Assembly: GCA_038227875.1 (NCBI GenBank)
Contig: JBBRPR010000016.1
Location: 32,001-96,000 of the forward strand
Source: Planctomycetota bacterium
Lineage (GTDB): Bacteria > Planctomycetota > SZUA-567 > H5-PLA8
Length of the DNA stretch: 64,000 bases
Reading direction: 5' to 3'
Each line of letters opens with the position of its first letter. Position 1 is the first letter of the stretch. Both the position numbers and the translations under genes were made by a program. Positions 18,744 through 28,010 of the stretch are shown piece after piece. Below the pieces are notes generated by a model that worked only from the letters and a program-made list of their open reading frames with translations, did no database searches and was not told the origin of the DNA.

Positions 18744-19184
18744 ATGGAATCTCAATCCCGGGAAACGTCCAAACGGCCCGCTCGAATTCTAATCGTGGAG
18801 GATGATCCGGGTGTCAGCTATGCCGTCTCGCGCTGGATGCAGGAACAGAACGTCAAATCGGTGATCGCCGAATCGACGCAGGAAGCGTTGGACATGCTCC
18901 GCGACGTGGTGTTCATCGAGGCCACGTTCGACGGCTTACTGGTCGACTACAACCTCCCCGATGCCACCGGCATGCGCGTGATCCAGGAATTCCGCGACGA
19001 GTTTCCGAACATGCCCGTCGCGCTGATGACCGGCAACGTCAACATCTACATGGAACTCTGGCTGCGCGCTCGCAAGATTCCGCTCTTCCGCAAGCCGCTC
19101 GAACTGGTCTCACTTCAGGCCTGGGTCGAGGCGCTGAAACCGTCGGCAGTGAAAGCCAGTTCGCCGCCGCCCGCGGCCACCTAA
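18744..19184 (+). CDS. Single-domain response regulator (receiver)
   Basis: ILIVEDD, LLVDYNLPD..G, LMTG, RKP. Confidence 0.9.
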   Translation: MESQSRETSKRPARILIVEDDPGVSYAVSRWMQEQNVKSVIAESTQEALDMLRDVVFIEATFDGLLVDYNLPDATGMRVIQEFRDEFPNMPVALMTGNVNIYMELWLRARKIPLFRKPLELVSLQAWVEALKPSAVKASSPPPAAT

Positions 19185-20158
19185 ACGTATTTGTTTTCGC
19201 GGTACCACGCGACGGCCCGAGCCAGAGCTTCTTCGGGCGGCGTTTGCTTCAATCCCAATTCCTTCACGGCCTTCGCGCAGTCGACCCACATCCGTTTCTT
19301 GGCCATGCGCACGCCTTCCAGCGAGATCGTCGGCGTCTTGCCCAGCATCAGTGAAATCTTGGTGTTGAACCAGCCGCCCATGTACGCGAAGGCGTAGGGC
19401 ACATGCATCGTCGGCGCGGACTGGCCGGAGATTTTTCCGAGCGCCTGGCAGATTTCCATCAGCGTCATGTTTTTGCAGCCGAGGATGTAGCGTTCGCCGA
19501 TCTTACCTTTATCGGCGGCGAGCAGATGGCCTTCGGCGCAATCGCGGACGTCGATCAGATTCAATCCGGTGTCGATGACCGCGGGCATCTTGCGCTTCAG
19601 GAAGCGGACGACCATTTCGCCTGTCGGCGTGGGCTTGTTATCCAACTCGCCGATCGGCGCGGTCGGATTGACAATAACCACCGGCAAGCCCTTCGCCGCG
19701 AGTTCCCGTGCGACCTGCTCGGCCTGAAATTTCGTGCGCTTGTATGTGCCGACCATCAGGTCCAGCGAGACCGGCGTCTCCTCCGTGCCCAGCCCATCTT
19801 TGATGAATCCGATGCAGCCGACCGTCGAGGTGTAGACGATGCGCTTCACGCCCGCGGAGCCGGCGGCTTCGAGCAGATCGCGCGTGCCTTCGACGTTCGA
19901 TTTGTACACTTCCGTCGGATCGGAGACGTCGAAGCGATAATCGGCAGCCACATGGTAGAGACCGGAGCAACCTTTGACCGCCGCGTCCAGCGACGCCCGG
20001 TCGCGCAGGTCGCCCTGCACCGTTTCGAATTTCAAATCAGAGAGCCACGACAGATTACTGGTCTTACGCACCAGCAATCGTACGGCTTCTCCGCGTTTGA
20101 TCAGGGCGCGCGCAACGTGGTTGCCGACGAACCCGGTGGCACCGGTGACGAGTATCAT
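19181..20158 (-). CDS. hpnA: Hopanoid-associated NAD-dependent epimerase/dehydratase
   Basis: LVTGATGFVG, HVAADYR, YKRTK, VNPTAPIG..D.KPTPTG. Confidence 0.85.
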   Translation of the reverse strand: MILVTGATGFVGNHVARALIKRGEAVRLLVRKTSNLSWLSDLKFETVQGDLRDRASLDAAVKGCSGLYHVAADYRFDVSDPTEVYKSNVEGTRDLLEAAGSAGVKRIVYTSTVGCIGFIKDGLGTEETPVSLDLMVGTYKRTKFQAEQVARELAAKGLPVVIVNPTAPIGELDNKPTPTGEMVVRFLKRKMPAVIDTGLNLIDVRDCAEGHLLAADKGKIGERYILGCKNMTLMEICQALGKISGQSAPTMHVPYAFAYMGGWFNTKISLMLGKTPTISLEGVRMAKKRMWVDCAKAVKELGLKQTPPEEALARAVAWYRENKYV

Positions 20159-20236
20159 GAGAGGAAGACGGTTACCCGAAAAATCGAAAATGGGAAATGG
20201 AAATTGCAGTTGCTCCGGTTGCGTTTGCGACGCGGA

Positions 20237-21820
20237 CTACAAACTGCGCATCGTTTCGCGCCAAACGCTTTTCAACGCATCGCCTACTGCTCCACCGGTG
20301 TCGATCATACAAACGGCGTCGAACCCTTCGTCCGTCGTCGGCGCTTCGAATCCCGCGAGCTGCTCACGGGCGACGGCGAGATCGGCTTCCGAGCCGTGAA
20401 GTTCGCCGGACGTCGTTCGCGCTGAGATGTGTTCCGCGATTTTTTCGGCCGGACAGTTTGCCCAGATCAAAATCGCGCGCGCTCCGCAGCGCTTCGCCAC
20501 CTGAAGCGGCTGCGCGCGCGTCGCTTTGCGGGTGTAGGTACCATCGAGGACAATCGCACGCTTTTCCCCGAGCGCCTTCGCCGCGCGCTCGTGAAGTGCT
20601 TCATACACGCGTTGGGATACAGCCGGCGCGTAGCGTTCGGCCGCGGGAGTGCCGCGCGGCACGATCTCATCGCGGACGAAATCCGTGGCGGCGTGTTCGC
20701 ATTTCAAGCGTGACGCCAGAGAACGGGCGAGGGAGCTTTTTCCCGAACCGGCGACGCCGCAGAAGACGAAGAGTATCGGCTGGTTCTTAATCGCGTAGCG
20801 CACGCAGAGATCGAAAAGCATCCGCGCCTGCTCGCGCGATTTCGCGCGCTGCGCTTCCGCGACGTGAACATCGGCCTGAATCCACGCCGCGACCTTCCCT
20901 TTAATGAACGCGCGGTAGCCGAGATAAAAATCGAACAGCTCCGCCGGCATCTTTGGGTCGCAGCGCTTCATGTAGCGATGGAGTAGTGCGGCGCTCAAGT
21001 CTTCGCGGCCGCGCGAATCGAGATCCATCGCCAGGTATGCGACGTCCAGCGCGCTGTCGACAATGCGGAAGCGGTCGTTGAATTCGATGCAGTCGAAGAG
21101 TAGCGGCGGCGCGTTTTCCGGCAGACAGATGTTCTCTGCGCGCAAGTCGCCGTGGCCGTCGACCACGAATCCGTCGCTCGCGCGCCGCCGGATTTCGTCG
21201 GCGTGGTTGGCGAGGTAGCGGTTGGCGCGCCGGGCGATCAACTGCAGCGCTTCCGGCGCGAGAATCGCGGAATCGAGCTCCTTGCCTTCGCGCAGGTTTT
21301 CTTCCACGTTGCCGCGCACCGATTCCAGATCGCCGAGGCCGCCCGGTGGAATCGTACCGCGCTGCGTGAGATAAAATGGCGCGAGCACCTCGGCCATCGC
21401 TTCCGCGTCCCTGGTCGTGACGCGATGTTTGTTCAGCAGATCATCGAGCATCCGGTCGGCCGGCAGCCGGCGCATCCAGACGCACCAATCGATGACTTCG
21501 CCGGCTGGTGGCGTTTTCGCGTCGGTCTGGATTTGCGCGGAGCCGTCGGCAGTTTTCAGAACAGGAATTAGGCCGCGATAAAGATCCGGGCAGAGACGGC
21601 TGTTGAGCGTGATCTCGCGATCGCACGCCCAGCGGCGCTGTTCCAGCGTCGTGAAATCGAGGAAGTCGAACTTCACGTGCTTCTTCAATTTGAATGCGTA
21701 CGAGCGCATGAGGTAGATCCAGCCGATGTGCGTCTGCAGCAATTCGACCGGCCCTTCAGCGGCGTCGAGGCCGAAGGCTTCGGGATTGAGCGGCAGGGCG
21801 CCGGCTTGTGGAGAGCTCAT
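20237..21820 (-). CDS. Aminoglycoside-phosphotransferase-like + AAA_33 kinase fusion (Rv2004c-like)
   Basis: QTHI, FLDFTTLEQR, GHGDLR..NI, FDCIEFN; C-terminal P-loop GVAGSGKS. Confidence 0.88.
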   Translation of the reverse strand: MSSPQAGALPLNPEAFGLDAAEGPVELLQTHIGWIYLMRSYAFKLKKHVKFDFLDFTTLEQRRWACDREITLNSRLCPDLYRGLIPVLKTADGSAQIQTDAKTPPAGEVIDWCVWMRRLPADRMLDDLLNKHRVTTRDAEAMAEVLAPFYLTQRGTIPPGGLGDLESVRGNVEENLREGKELDSAILAPEALQLIARRANRYLANHADEIRRRASDGFVVDGHGDLRAENICLPENAPPLLFDCIEFNDRFRIVDSALDVAYLAMDLDSRGREDLSAALLHRYMKRCDPKMPAELFDFYLGYRAFIKGKVAAWIQADVHVAEAQRAKSREQARMLFDLCVRYAIKNQPILFVFCGVAGSGKSSLARSLASRLKCEHAATDFVRDEIVPRGTPAAERYAPAVSQRVYEALHERAAKALGEKRAIVLDGTYTRKATRAQPLQVAKRCGARAILIWANCPAEKIAEHISARTTSGELHGSEADLAVAREQLAGFEAPTTDEGFDAVCMIDTGGAVGDALKSVWRETMRSL

Positions 21821-21929
21821 GCAAACATTCTACGCACCATCGGGCAACTTGCGAAAGGCTAATGCTATGCCGATATCCGGACGAAAACGCAAAAGGATTC
21901 GAAATTCCGTGAAGTTTCACTCTAAAAAT

Positions 21930-21958
21930 TTGACAGGTTGAATTTTGAAGGGTAAGTT
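21930..21958 (+). promoter_or_regulatory. sigma70-like promoter for the leader/ABC operon
   Basis: TTGACA, 17-bp spacer, TAAGTT. Confidence 0.7.
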
Positions 21959-21996
21959 TCGGCATCGATTTTCCGTGCGCTTCGGAACACGAGTAC

Positions 21997-22134
21997 ATGC
22001 AAACGCCACACATCATTCTTCTGCAGCAAAGCAAGGGTTTGTCCTCGGCAACCCGTGCGATCGATCGTGCCTCCCGGCTTTGGGCGTATTTGAAGTTTGC
22101 GCGTCCGCAGGTTCGTGGAGGTCTGGCACCGTAG
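21997..22134 (+). CDS. Putative 45-aa leader peptide (MQTPHIILLQQSKGLSSATRAIDRASRLWAYLKFARPQVRGGLAP)
   Basis: Short ORF between the promoter and a terminator; weak RBS (GAG). Confidence 0.5.
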   Translation: MQTPHIILLQQSKGLSSATRAIDRASRLWAYLKFARPQVRGGLAP

Positions 22135-22159
22135 GTCGGTCTTAAACGTGTTTGCGTTT

Positions 22160-22197
22160 AAACCTTCCTGGGTGCGAGCCCCGGAAGGTTTTTTTTT
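22160..22197 (+). terminator. Intrinsic terminator in the 5' leader of the ABC transporter
   Basis: AAACCTTCC-T-GGG/CCC-C-GGAAGGTTT hairpin followed by a T run, 34 nt before the ATG. Confidence 0.8.
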
Positions 22198-22231
22198 GCA
22201 CCGATCAAATTCTTGAAGAAGGGGAAGCGTC

Positions 22232-24514
22232 ATGTCCAGTCAGACTCTTGCTGACGACCGCGCGATTATCGAGACGTATCTCGAGCAGCCGTCTCAGTTG
22301 CCCCGCGACCTGCGCAGCCGCATCGAAGCGCAATGGGGCGGCGGCCCGGTTCAACTTTACGCTCTGGCCGACCTCGACGCGTCCATGAATCTGGCGCAGA
22401 CGTGGGTGGCACTCGGGCCCAAACACATCGCACTCGCGACCAGCGACGGCCAAATCCGCGCGTTCGAACGCTCACGCATCAAAGCGGTTCGCAAAAGTCC
22501 GGGCTTGAGCTGCACGACCGTCACGTTTCAAGACGCGCCGGGCGAACCTGCCGTCGCGGTCATCCGCTACACGCACCGGCAGCGGCGCGCGATGGAAAAT
22601 CTGCAGTACGTCATCGAGCAGCAACTGAAAGGCGCGCCAGATCCTGAAGGCGATGCCGACGGCATCTATTCCAGTTCAGTCGCACACGCGATCAAGGAAG
22701 CGCAGTCTTCCGTAACGAAGAACAAACTCGCGGTGCTGTGGCGATTGACGGCCTACTTGAAGCCGTACCGTGTTCGCATGGGGTGGGGGATGGCCGGCGC
22801 GACGCTGATGACCTTGATCAGCCTCATCCCGCCATACCTCACCGGCTACATGCTCGACAAGGTCATCCGACCCTACGAAGCGGGAACGTTGCCGCAGGAC
22901 GCGGCCGTTCACATCGGCTGGCTGCTGATCGCCGGCATCGCGGCGACGTACCTGATCCGTGAAGTGTTCGTCTGCGTCCGGTTGAGGACGCTGGCGATGC
23001 TTGGCGAGTTCGTCGCGCTGGACATCCGCACGGAGCTCTACGAACATCTGCAGACGCTGAGTCTCAACTTCTTCTCGAGCAAACGCACGGGAAGCTTGAT
23101 CAGCCGCGTGACGTCGGACACCGACCGGCTCTGGGAATTCCTGGCCTTCGGCGTGGTCGAAGTGGTGCTCTCCGGCGTAATGCTGATCGGTCTGGGGTGC
23201 GTGTTGATCAGCCTCGACTGGCGGCTGGGCTTGATGATGGCGCTGCCGGTGCCCGCACTTTTCTACGCGATCTACTGGCATGGGCAGAGCATGCAGCGAA
23301 TTTTTCTGCGGGCGTGGCGGAAGTGGTCGCGTGTGACCGACGTGCTCTCCGACACGATCCCCGGCGTGCGCGTGGTCAAGGCGTTCCATCAGGAAGATCA
23401 GGAGAAGAAACGCTTCGCCGTTCGCAACACGGATGTAACCGAAGAGTTCAACAACATCCACGCGTCATGGACCACGTTCTGGCCGATCTTGATGCTGGCG
23501 ATTCATCTGCTCTTTATCGGCGTCTGGATGTTCGGCCTGCCGCGCGTGCTCCACGCGGGCACGCCGGGCTGGGCGCCGCTGACGTCGGGAACATTCGTCT
23601 CGTTCCTGCTCTATTCGACGATGTTCGGTCAGCCGATCGAAGTGATCGGCCAGACGGCGCGCATGATGAATCGCGCGACGAGCTCCGCGTATCGCATCTT
23701 CGAAGTGCTCGACACCCGGCCGGAGATCAAGGAATCGGCCGACGCGATCAAGCTCAGTCCTGTGCGAGGCGCAGTGCAGTTTGAGAACGTGACGTTCGCC
23801 TACGACGGCGTGCGGCAGATTCTGAAAGGCGTGTCATTCGATGTTCAGCCCGGCGAGATGATCGGACTCGTCGGGCCATCAGGCGCCGGGAAAACAACGA
23901 TAACCAATCTGCTCGTCCGGTTTTTCGAAGCGACCGGCGGGACGATCAAGATCGACGGCGTGAATTTGAAGGACCTGGACACCGGGCATTTCCGGCAGCA
24001 GGTCGGGATGGTGCTGCAGGATCCGTACCTCTTTCACGGCACGATCCTGGAGAACATCCGCTACGGCCTGCCTGCGGCGAATCTGCCGGAAGTGATCGCG
24101 GCGGCGAAAGCGGCCAACGCGCACGACTTCATCTGCAAGCTGCCGTACGGTTACGACACGCTGGTGGGTGAACGCGGGCACACGCTCTCCGGCGGCGAGC
24201 GGCAGCGGGTCTCGATTGCTCGGGCGGTGCTGACCAATCCGCGGATTCTGATTCTCGACGAAGCGACCAGCAGCGTCGACACGGAGACCGAGCGGAAAAT
24301 TCAACAGGCGCTCGACCGCTTGATCGCCGGCAGAACCGTCTTCGCCATCGCGCACCGGCTCTCGACGCTGAAACGCGCCAGCCGCCTGTTCGTGATCGAA
24401 GATGGAAAACTCGCCGAAGAAGGTACGCACAGTGAACTTCTGGCGAAAGAAGACGGCATCTACCGGAAGCTCCACAACCTGCAGCAGGAGCTGCACGAAA
24501 TGTACGCGGTCTAA
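22232..24514 (+). CDS. ABC exporter (N-terminal extra domain + TMD + NBD)
   Basis: GPSGAGKT, LSGGERQR, ILDEATSSVD, IAHRLST; six-TM domain; ~150-aa N-terminal extension. Confidence 0.93.
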   Translation: MSSQTLADDRAIIETYLEQPSQLPRDLRSRIEAQWGGGPVQLYALADLDASMNLAQTWVALGPKHIALATSDGQIRAFERSRIKAVRKSPGLSCTTVTFQDAPGEPAVAVIRYTHRQRRAMENLQYVIEQQLKGAPDPEGDADGIYSSSVAHAIKEAQSSVTKNKLAVLWRLTAYLKPYRVRMGWGMAGATLMTLISLIPPYLTGYMLDKVIRPYEAGTLPQDAAVHIGWLLIAGIAATYLIREVFVCVRLRTLAMLGEFVALDIRTELYEHLQTLSLNFFSSKRTGSLISRVTSDTDRLWEFLAFGVVEVVLSGVMLIGLGCVLISLDWRLGLMMALPVPALFYAIYWHGQSMQRIFLRAWRKWSRVTDVLSDTIPGVRVVKAFHQEDQEKKRFAVRNTDVTEEFNNIHASWTTFWPILMLAIHLLFIGVWMFGLPRVLHAGTPGWAPLTSGTFVSFLLYSTMFGQPIEVIGQTARMMNRATSSAYRIFEVLDTRPEIKESADAIKLSPVRGAVQFENVTFAYDGVRQILKGVSFDVQPGEMIGLVGPSGAGKTTITNLLVRFFEATGGTIKIDGVNLKDLDTGHFRQQVGMVLQDPYLFHGTILENIRYGLPAANLPEVIAAAKAANAHDFICKLPYGYDTLVGERGHTLSGGERQRVSIARAVLTNPRILILDEATSSVDTETERKIQQALDRLIAGRTVFAIAHRLSTLKRASRLFVIEDGKLAEEGTHSELLAKEDGIYRKLHNLQQELHEMYAV

Positions 24515-24519
24515 CGGAA

Positions 24520-24558
24520 GGGGTCAGGGGTCAGGGGCCAGAACAGCGAACAGCAGAA
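24520..24558 (+). repeat. AGGGGTC heptamer tandem repeat
   Basis: aggggtc-aggggtc-aggggcc followed by gaacagc x2; the same unit occurs at 57641. Confidence 0.6.
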
Positions 24559-24573
24559 AAAAGGAGAGGGAAA

Positions 24574-25101
24574 ATGCCTGTACTTGAAGCCATGGCGCCA
24601 CGGCGGGATTCACGCCGGGCGCAGACGAACTCCGAGCATTGTACCGCGCTGTCCGTCGGGCGAACGCCGGACGGGCAGCTTGCGGCGAGCAAGGACGGCG
24701 TGACCACGCCCGTCCGCGTCTGCCGCTGTTTTCCGTGGAGCGAACCGGCGAAGTTTATTTCGTTGCGCGATGAGAAAGAAAATGAAATCGCGCTGATTGA
24801 AAAACTCGCCGACCTCGATCCGAAATCGCGCGCCATCGTCGAAGTCGCTCTGGCCGAAGCCGGATTCGTGCTCCAGATCGAACGCATCGAAGCGGCGGAA
24901 GAAGTGTTCGAAATCCGTGCGTGGAAAGTTCAGACCAAGCAGGGGCCGCGCACGTTTCAGACCGCGCTCGACGAGTGGCCGCGCGAAATCTCCAGCGGTG
25001 GTTACCTGGTCCGCGACATCTCCGGCGATCTGTTCCACATCGCCAATCCGGAAGGGATGGACGACAAGAGCCAGAAGATTCTCTGGTCGATGGTGGATTA
25101 G
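24574..25101 (+). CDS. DUF1854-like protein
   Basis: VRVCRCFPWSEP..FISL.D, W.VQT.QG.R.F, D..GD.F.I; adjacent to the ABC exporter. Confidence 0.8.
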   Translation: MPVLEAMAPRRDSRRAQTNSEHCTALSVGRTPDGQLAASKDGVTTPVRVCRCFPWSEPAKFISLRDEKENEIALIEKLADLDPKSRAIVEVALAEAGFVLQIERIEAAEEVFEIRAWKVQTKQGPRTFQTALDEWPREISSGGYLVRDISGDLFHIANPEGMDDKSQKILWSMVD

Positions 25102-25137
25102 TTCTGACTCATTCCAATTCTAAAGAGGAGCGATGCG

Positions 25138-25908
25138 ATGAACGCGTATCACAAAGCCAATCAGATTCGCTGGGAACACGCCTCCGCGAGCTGGGCGCGC
25201 GGCGCCGAAAGCCGCGGGCTCTGGCGATCGGCGTACAGCAACTCCGCCGCGGTATTGCTGGCGGAGGAACTGGCGATCCTCGGCGACATCCGCGGGAAGT
25301 CTGTCTGCGTGCTGGGCAGCGGCGATAATCAGGCGGTCTTTGCGTTCGCCGGTCTGGGCGCAGTGGTGACGTCTGTCGACATCTCACAGAAGCAACTGGA
25401 TGTCGCGAGGCAACGCGCGGAGACCCTTCGCGCATCCGTCAAGTTTGTCTGCGCCGATGTCAGCAATTTGAAGGCGATCGCTGCGAACTCGTTCGACATA
25501 GTCTACACCGGAGGACACGTGGCGGTGTGGGTCTCGGAACTCGCAAAGTACTACGCCGAAGCCACGCGTATACTCAAATCTGGCGGACTGTTTCTGATCA
25601 ACGAGTATCATCCGTTCAGGCGGCTCTGGCGCGATGCGGCGCCGAAACTGGAACTGCAGTACGGCTACTTCGAGCGCGGGCCGCACGCGCACGATTACAC
25701 CGACGACATCCTCGTTCGCAAACCCGGGTCGTTGCGCTGTTATGAATTTCACTGGACGGTCAGCGATTTCATGACGGCCGTGTTGAAAGCCGGCAACGAA
25801 ATTGTAGCCGTTCACGAAGTCGGCGACGAAAATGAAGGCTGGGAATCCACACCCATGAAAGGCCTGCCGCAGTGTCTCGTGATCGCGTCGCGAAAGAGGA
25901 ACGCATGA
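25138..25908 (+). CDS. Class I SAM-dependent methyltransferase
   Basis: VCVLGSGD, VTSVDIS, FDIVYT, LKSGGLF.INEYHP. Confidence 0.88.
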   Translation: MNAYHKANQIRWEHASASWARGAESRGLWRSAYSNSAAVLLAEELAILGDIRGKSVCVLGSGDNQAVFAFAGLGAVVTSVDISQKQLDVARQRAETLRASVKFVCADVSNLKAIAANSFDIVYTGGHVAVWVSELAKYYAEATRILKSGGLFLINEYHPFRRLWRDAAPKLELQYGYFERGPHAHDYTDDILVRKPGSLRCYEFHWTVSDFMTAVLKAGNEIVAVHEVGDENEGWESTPMKGLPQCLVIASRKRNA

Positions 25909-26693
25909 ACATCCCGCTCTACCAGGTCGATTCGTTTTCGCGGACGGTCTTCGGCGGCAATCCGGCCGCGGTCTGTCCGTTGGAACGGTGGCTAACCGAC
26001 GCGCAGATGCAATCAATCGCGCTGGAGAACAATCTCTCGGAAACGGCTTTTCTCGTCGGCAACAACGGCACATACGACCTGCGTTGGTTCACGCCCACGC
26101 GGGAAGTGGACCTCTGCGGACACGCCACGCTGGCCAGCGCGTACGTCGTCTGTACATATCTCGAAGCTGCGAGCAAGCAGGTAGCATTCAGCACACGCAG
26201 TGGAATTTTAAACGTCCGCCGCGACGGCGACTTGTTCGTCATGGACTTTCCCGCGCGACCGAAAGAAACCGTTGCCGCGCCACCCGCGCTGGCACAGTCT
26301 CTCGGCGCGGTGCCGCGGGAAATTTACTGGTCGGTCGATCGGTTCCTGGCTGTTTTTGATTCCGAAAAAGACGTGCGCGCTCTTGCGCCGGACTTTTCAC
26401 GCATGGCGACGTTGTCGGGAAGTATTGGCGTTATCGTCACGGCTAAAGGCAGCGGCGAGACGGATTTTGTTTCTCGCTTTTTTGCTCCGCAATCGGGCAT
26501 TCCGGAAGATCCCGTCACCGGCTCTGCCCATTGCACGCTTATTCCATTCTGGTCACAGCGACTGGGAAAGACGCGCCTGTACGCGCGGCAAGTTTCCGCT
26601 CGCGGCGGAGAGTTGTTTTGCGAATTGCATGGCGCGCGCGTGGATATCGCCGGTTACGTCGCTCCTTATTTACAGGGCACCATTAACTTGTAG
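25905..26693 (+). CDS. PhzF family isomerase
   Basis: QVDSF..GGNPAAV, NLSETAF, EVDLCGHATLA, EDPVTGSAH; ATGA overlap with the upstream gene. Confidence 0.93.
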   Translation: MNIPLYQVDSFSRTVFGGNPAAVCPLERWLTDAQMQSIALENNLSETAFLVGNNGTYDLRWFTPTREVDLCGHATLASAYVVCTYLEAASKQVAFSTRSGILNVRRDGDLFVMDFPARPKETVAAPPALAQSLGAVPREIYWSVDRFLAVFDSEKDVRALAPDFSRMATLSGSIGVIVTAKGSGETDFVSRFFAPQSGIPEDPVTGSAHCTLIPFWSQRLGKTRLYARQVSARGGELFCELHGARVDIAGYVAPYLQGTINL

Positions 26694-26741
26694 TTGTTGG
26701 ACTTTTTGGCACACTGGCCTTCCTCGGAGCGCTGAAACACC

Positions 26742-28004
26742 ATGTCGTCCGCGATGAAAACGTTGATTTCGCTCGGTCTCGCTCACGCGCTGCTGGAGTG
26801 GTTTTCCGGCGTCTGGCCGATCTTCAAAGTTCTCGCGCATCTCGACCTCGCCACGTCTGCAAAAATTGTCGCCGCCACCAGTTTTCTCGCATCGATTCTG
26901 CAGCCCGTCTTCGGCATGTGGGCCGACAAGGGTTATGCCAAACGGATGGCCTTGATCGGCACGGCCGCCACGTTTCTATTGATGCTCGTCGGACCAATCA
27001 GCAACCAGATGCCCGTGTGGGGGCCGCTCTGCGTTTATGCGGTTCTCGGCGGAGTGACGCTGCTGTCCCGACTCGGTCATTCGGCGTTCCATCCGGCCGG
27101 CGCGTCGCTGGCGGCGCATGCGTTTGATGGCCAGCGGCACACCTCCAGCATCGGCATCTTCATCAGCATGGGCTGGATCGGCTATGGCCTTAGCCAGATC
27201 GCATTCAGCGCGGCGTATTTGAACTTGAACGGCCACACGGAAATTCTGCTCATCCCCGGCGCGATTGTGATGCTCTGGATCATGGCGTGGTGCAAACCCG
27301 CCAGCCAGCCTCATGCTCGTGCGCATTATCCGTGGTCGGAAAAAATGCGCGACATCTGGGGTTACCGCCGTGACATCGGTTTACTCTTTGCGCTGCTGTG
27401 CCTGACCGGCGCGGCTAATTCGGCGCTCTTCTTTCTCTTCCCGGAGTTCCTCGCCGAGAAAGGTTACTCGGGATGGGTCCTCAACGGCGGCGCGCAGGGA
27501 TTTATGATCGCCGGCACCGCGCTGGGCGTCGTGATCAGCGGCTACTGCGCCGAAAGCATGGGCGAGCGCTTCGCGCTGCTGGTCGCCATGGCGATGAATA
27601 TCATCGCTTGGCACGGCTTCCTGATGATGCCGCTGCTGCCCGGTACGGTGTTTCTGCCGGCGTGCCTGGTGATCGGCTTGCTCTTCGGTTTCGGCAGCAC
27701 GCTGCCGATTTCCATGGGCCAGAAATTGATCCCGCGCAATGCGAGCATGATCAGCGGCGTGATGATGGGCTGGACGTGGGCGCTGGGCAATCTCGCGCCG
27801 ATGGCCGCTGCGTACCTCGCCGAAAATCCGCAGCTGCGCATGTACGGCGCGTTGACGATCCTGGGCGTGCTGAACGTGCTGGCACTGATCTGCGCCGTCT
27901 TCCTGAAGCCCGCGCCGCAGGCGAGCCCCGCGATTCATGTCGCCGCGCCGGTTTCGACAGTTGCGACGTCGCAGAGTTCCACGCGACTGCCCGTACAGTC
28001 CTGA
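26742..28004 (+). CDS. MFS transporter (Fsr-like)
   Basis: About 12 hydrophobic segments, LQPVFGMWADK, GHSAFHP. Confidence 0.88.
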   Translation: MSSAMKTLISLGLAHALLEWFSGVWPIFKVLAHLDLATSAKIVAATSFLASILQPVFGMWADKGYAKRMALIGTAATFLLMLVGPISNQMPVWGPLCVYAVLGGVTLLSRLGHSAFHPAGASLAAHAFDGQRHTSSIGIFISMGWIGYGLSQIAFSAAYLNLNGHTEILLIPGAIVMLWIMAWCKPASQPHARAHYPWSEKMRDIWGYRRDIGLLFALLCLTGAANSALFFLFPEFLAEKGYSGWVLNGGAQGFMIAGTALGVVISGYCAESMGERFALLVAMAMNIIAWHGFLMMPLLPGTVFLPACLVIGLLFGFGSTLPISMGQKLIPRNASMISGVMMGWTWALGNLAPMAAAYLAENPQLRMYGALTILGVLNVLALICAVFLKPAPQASPAIHVAAPVSTVATSQSSTRLPVQS

Positions 28005-28010
28005 CTGCAG

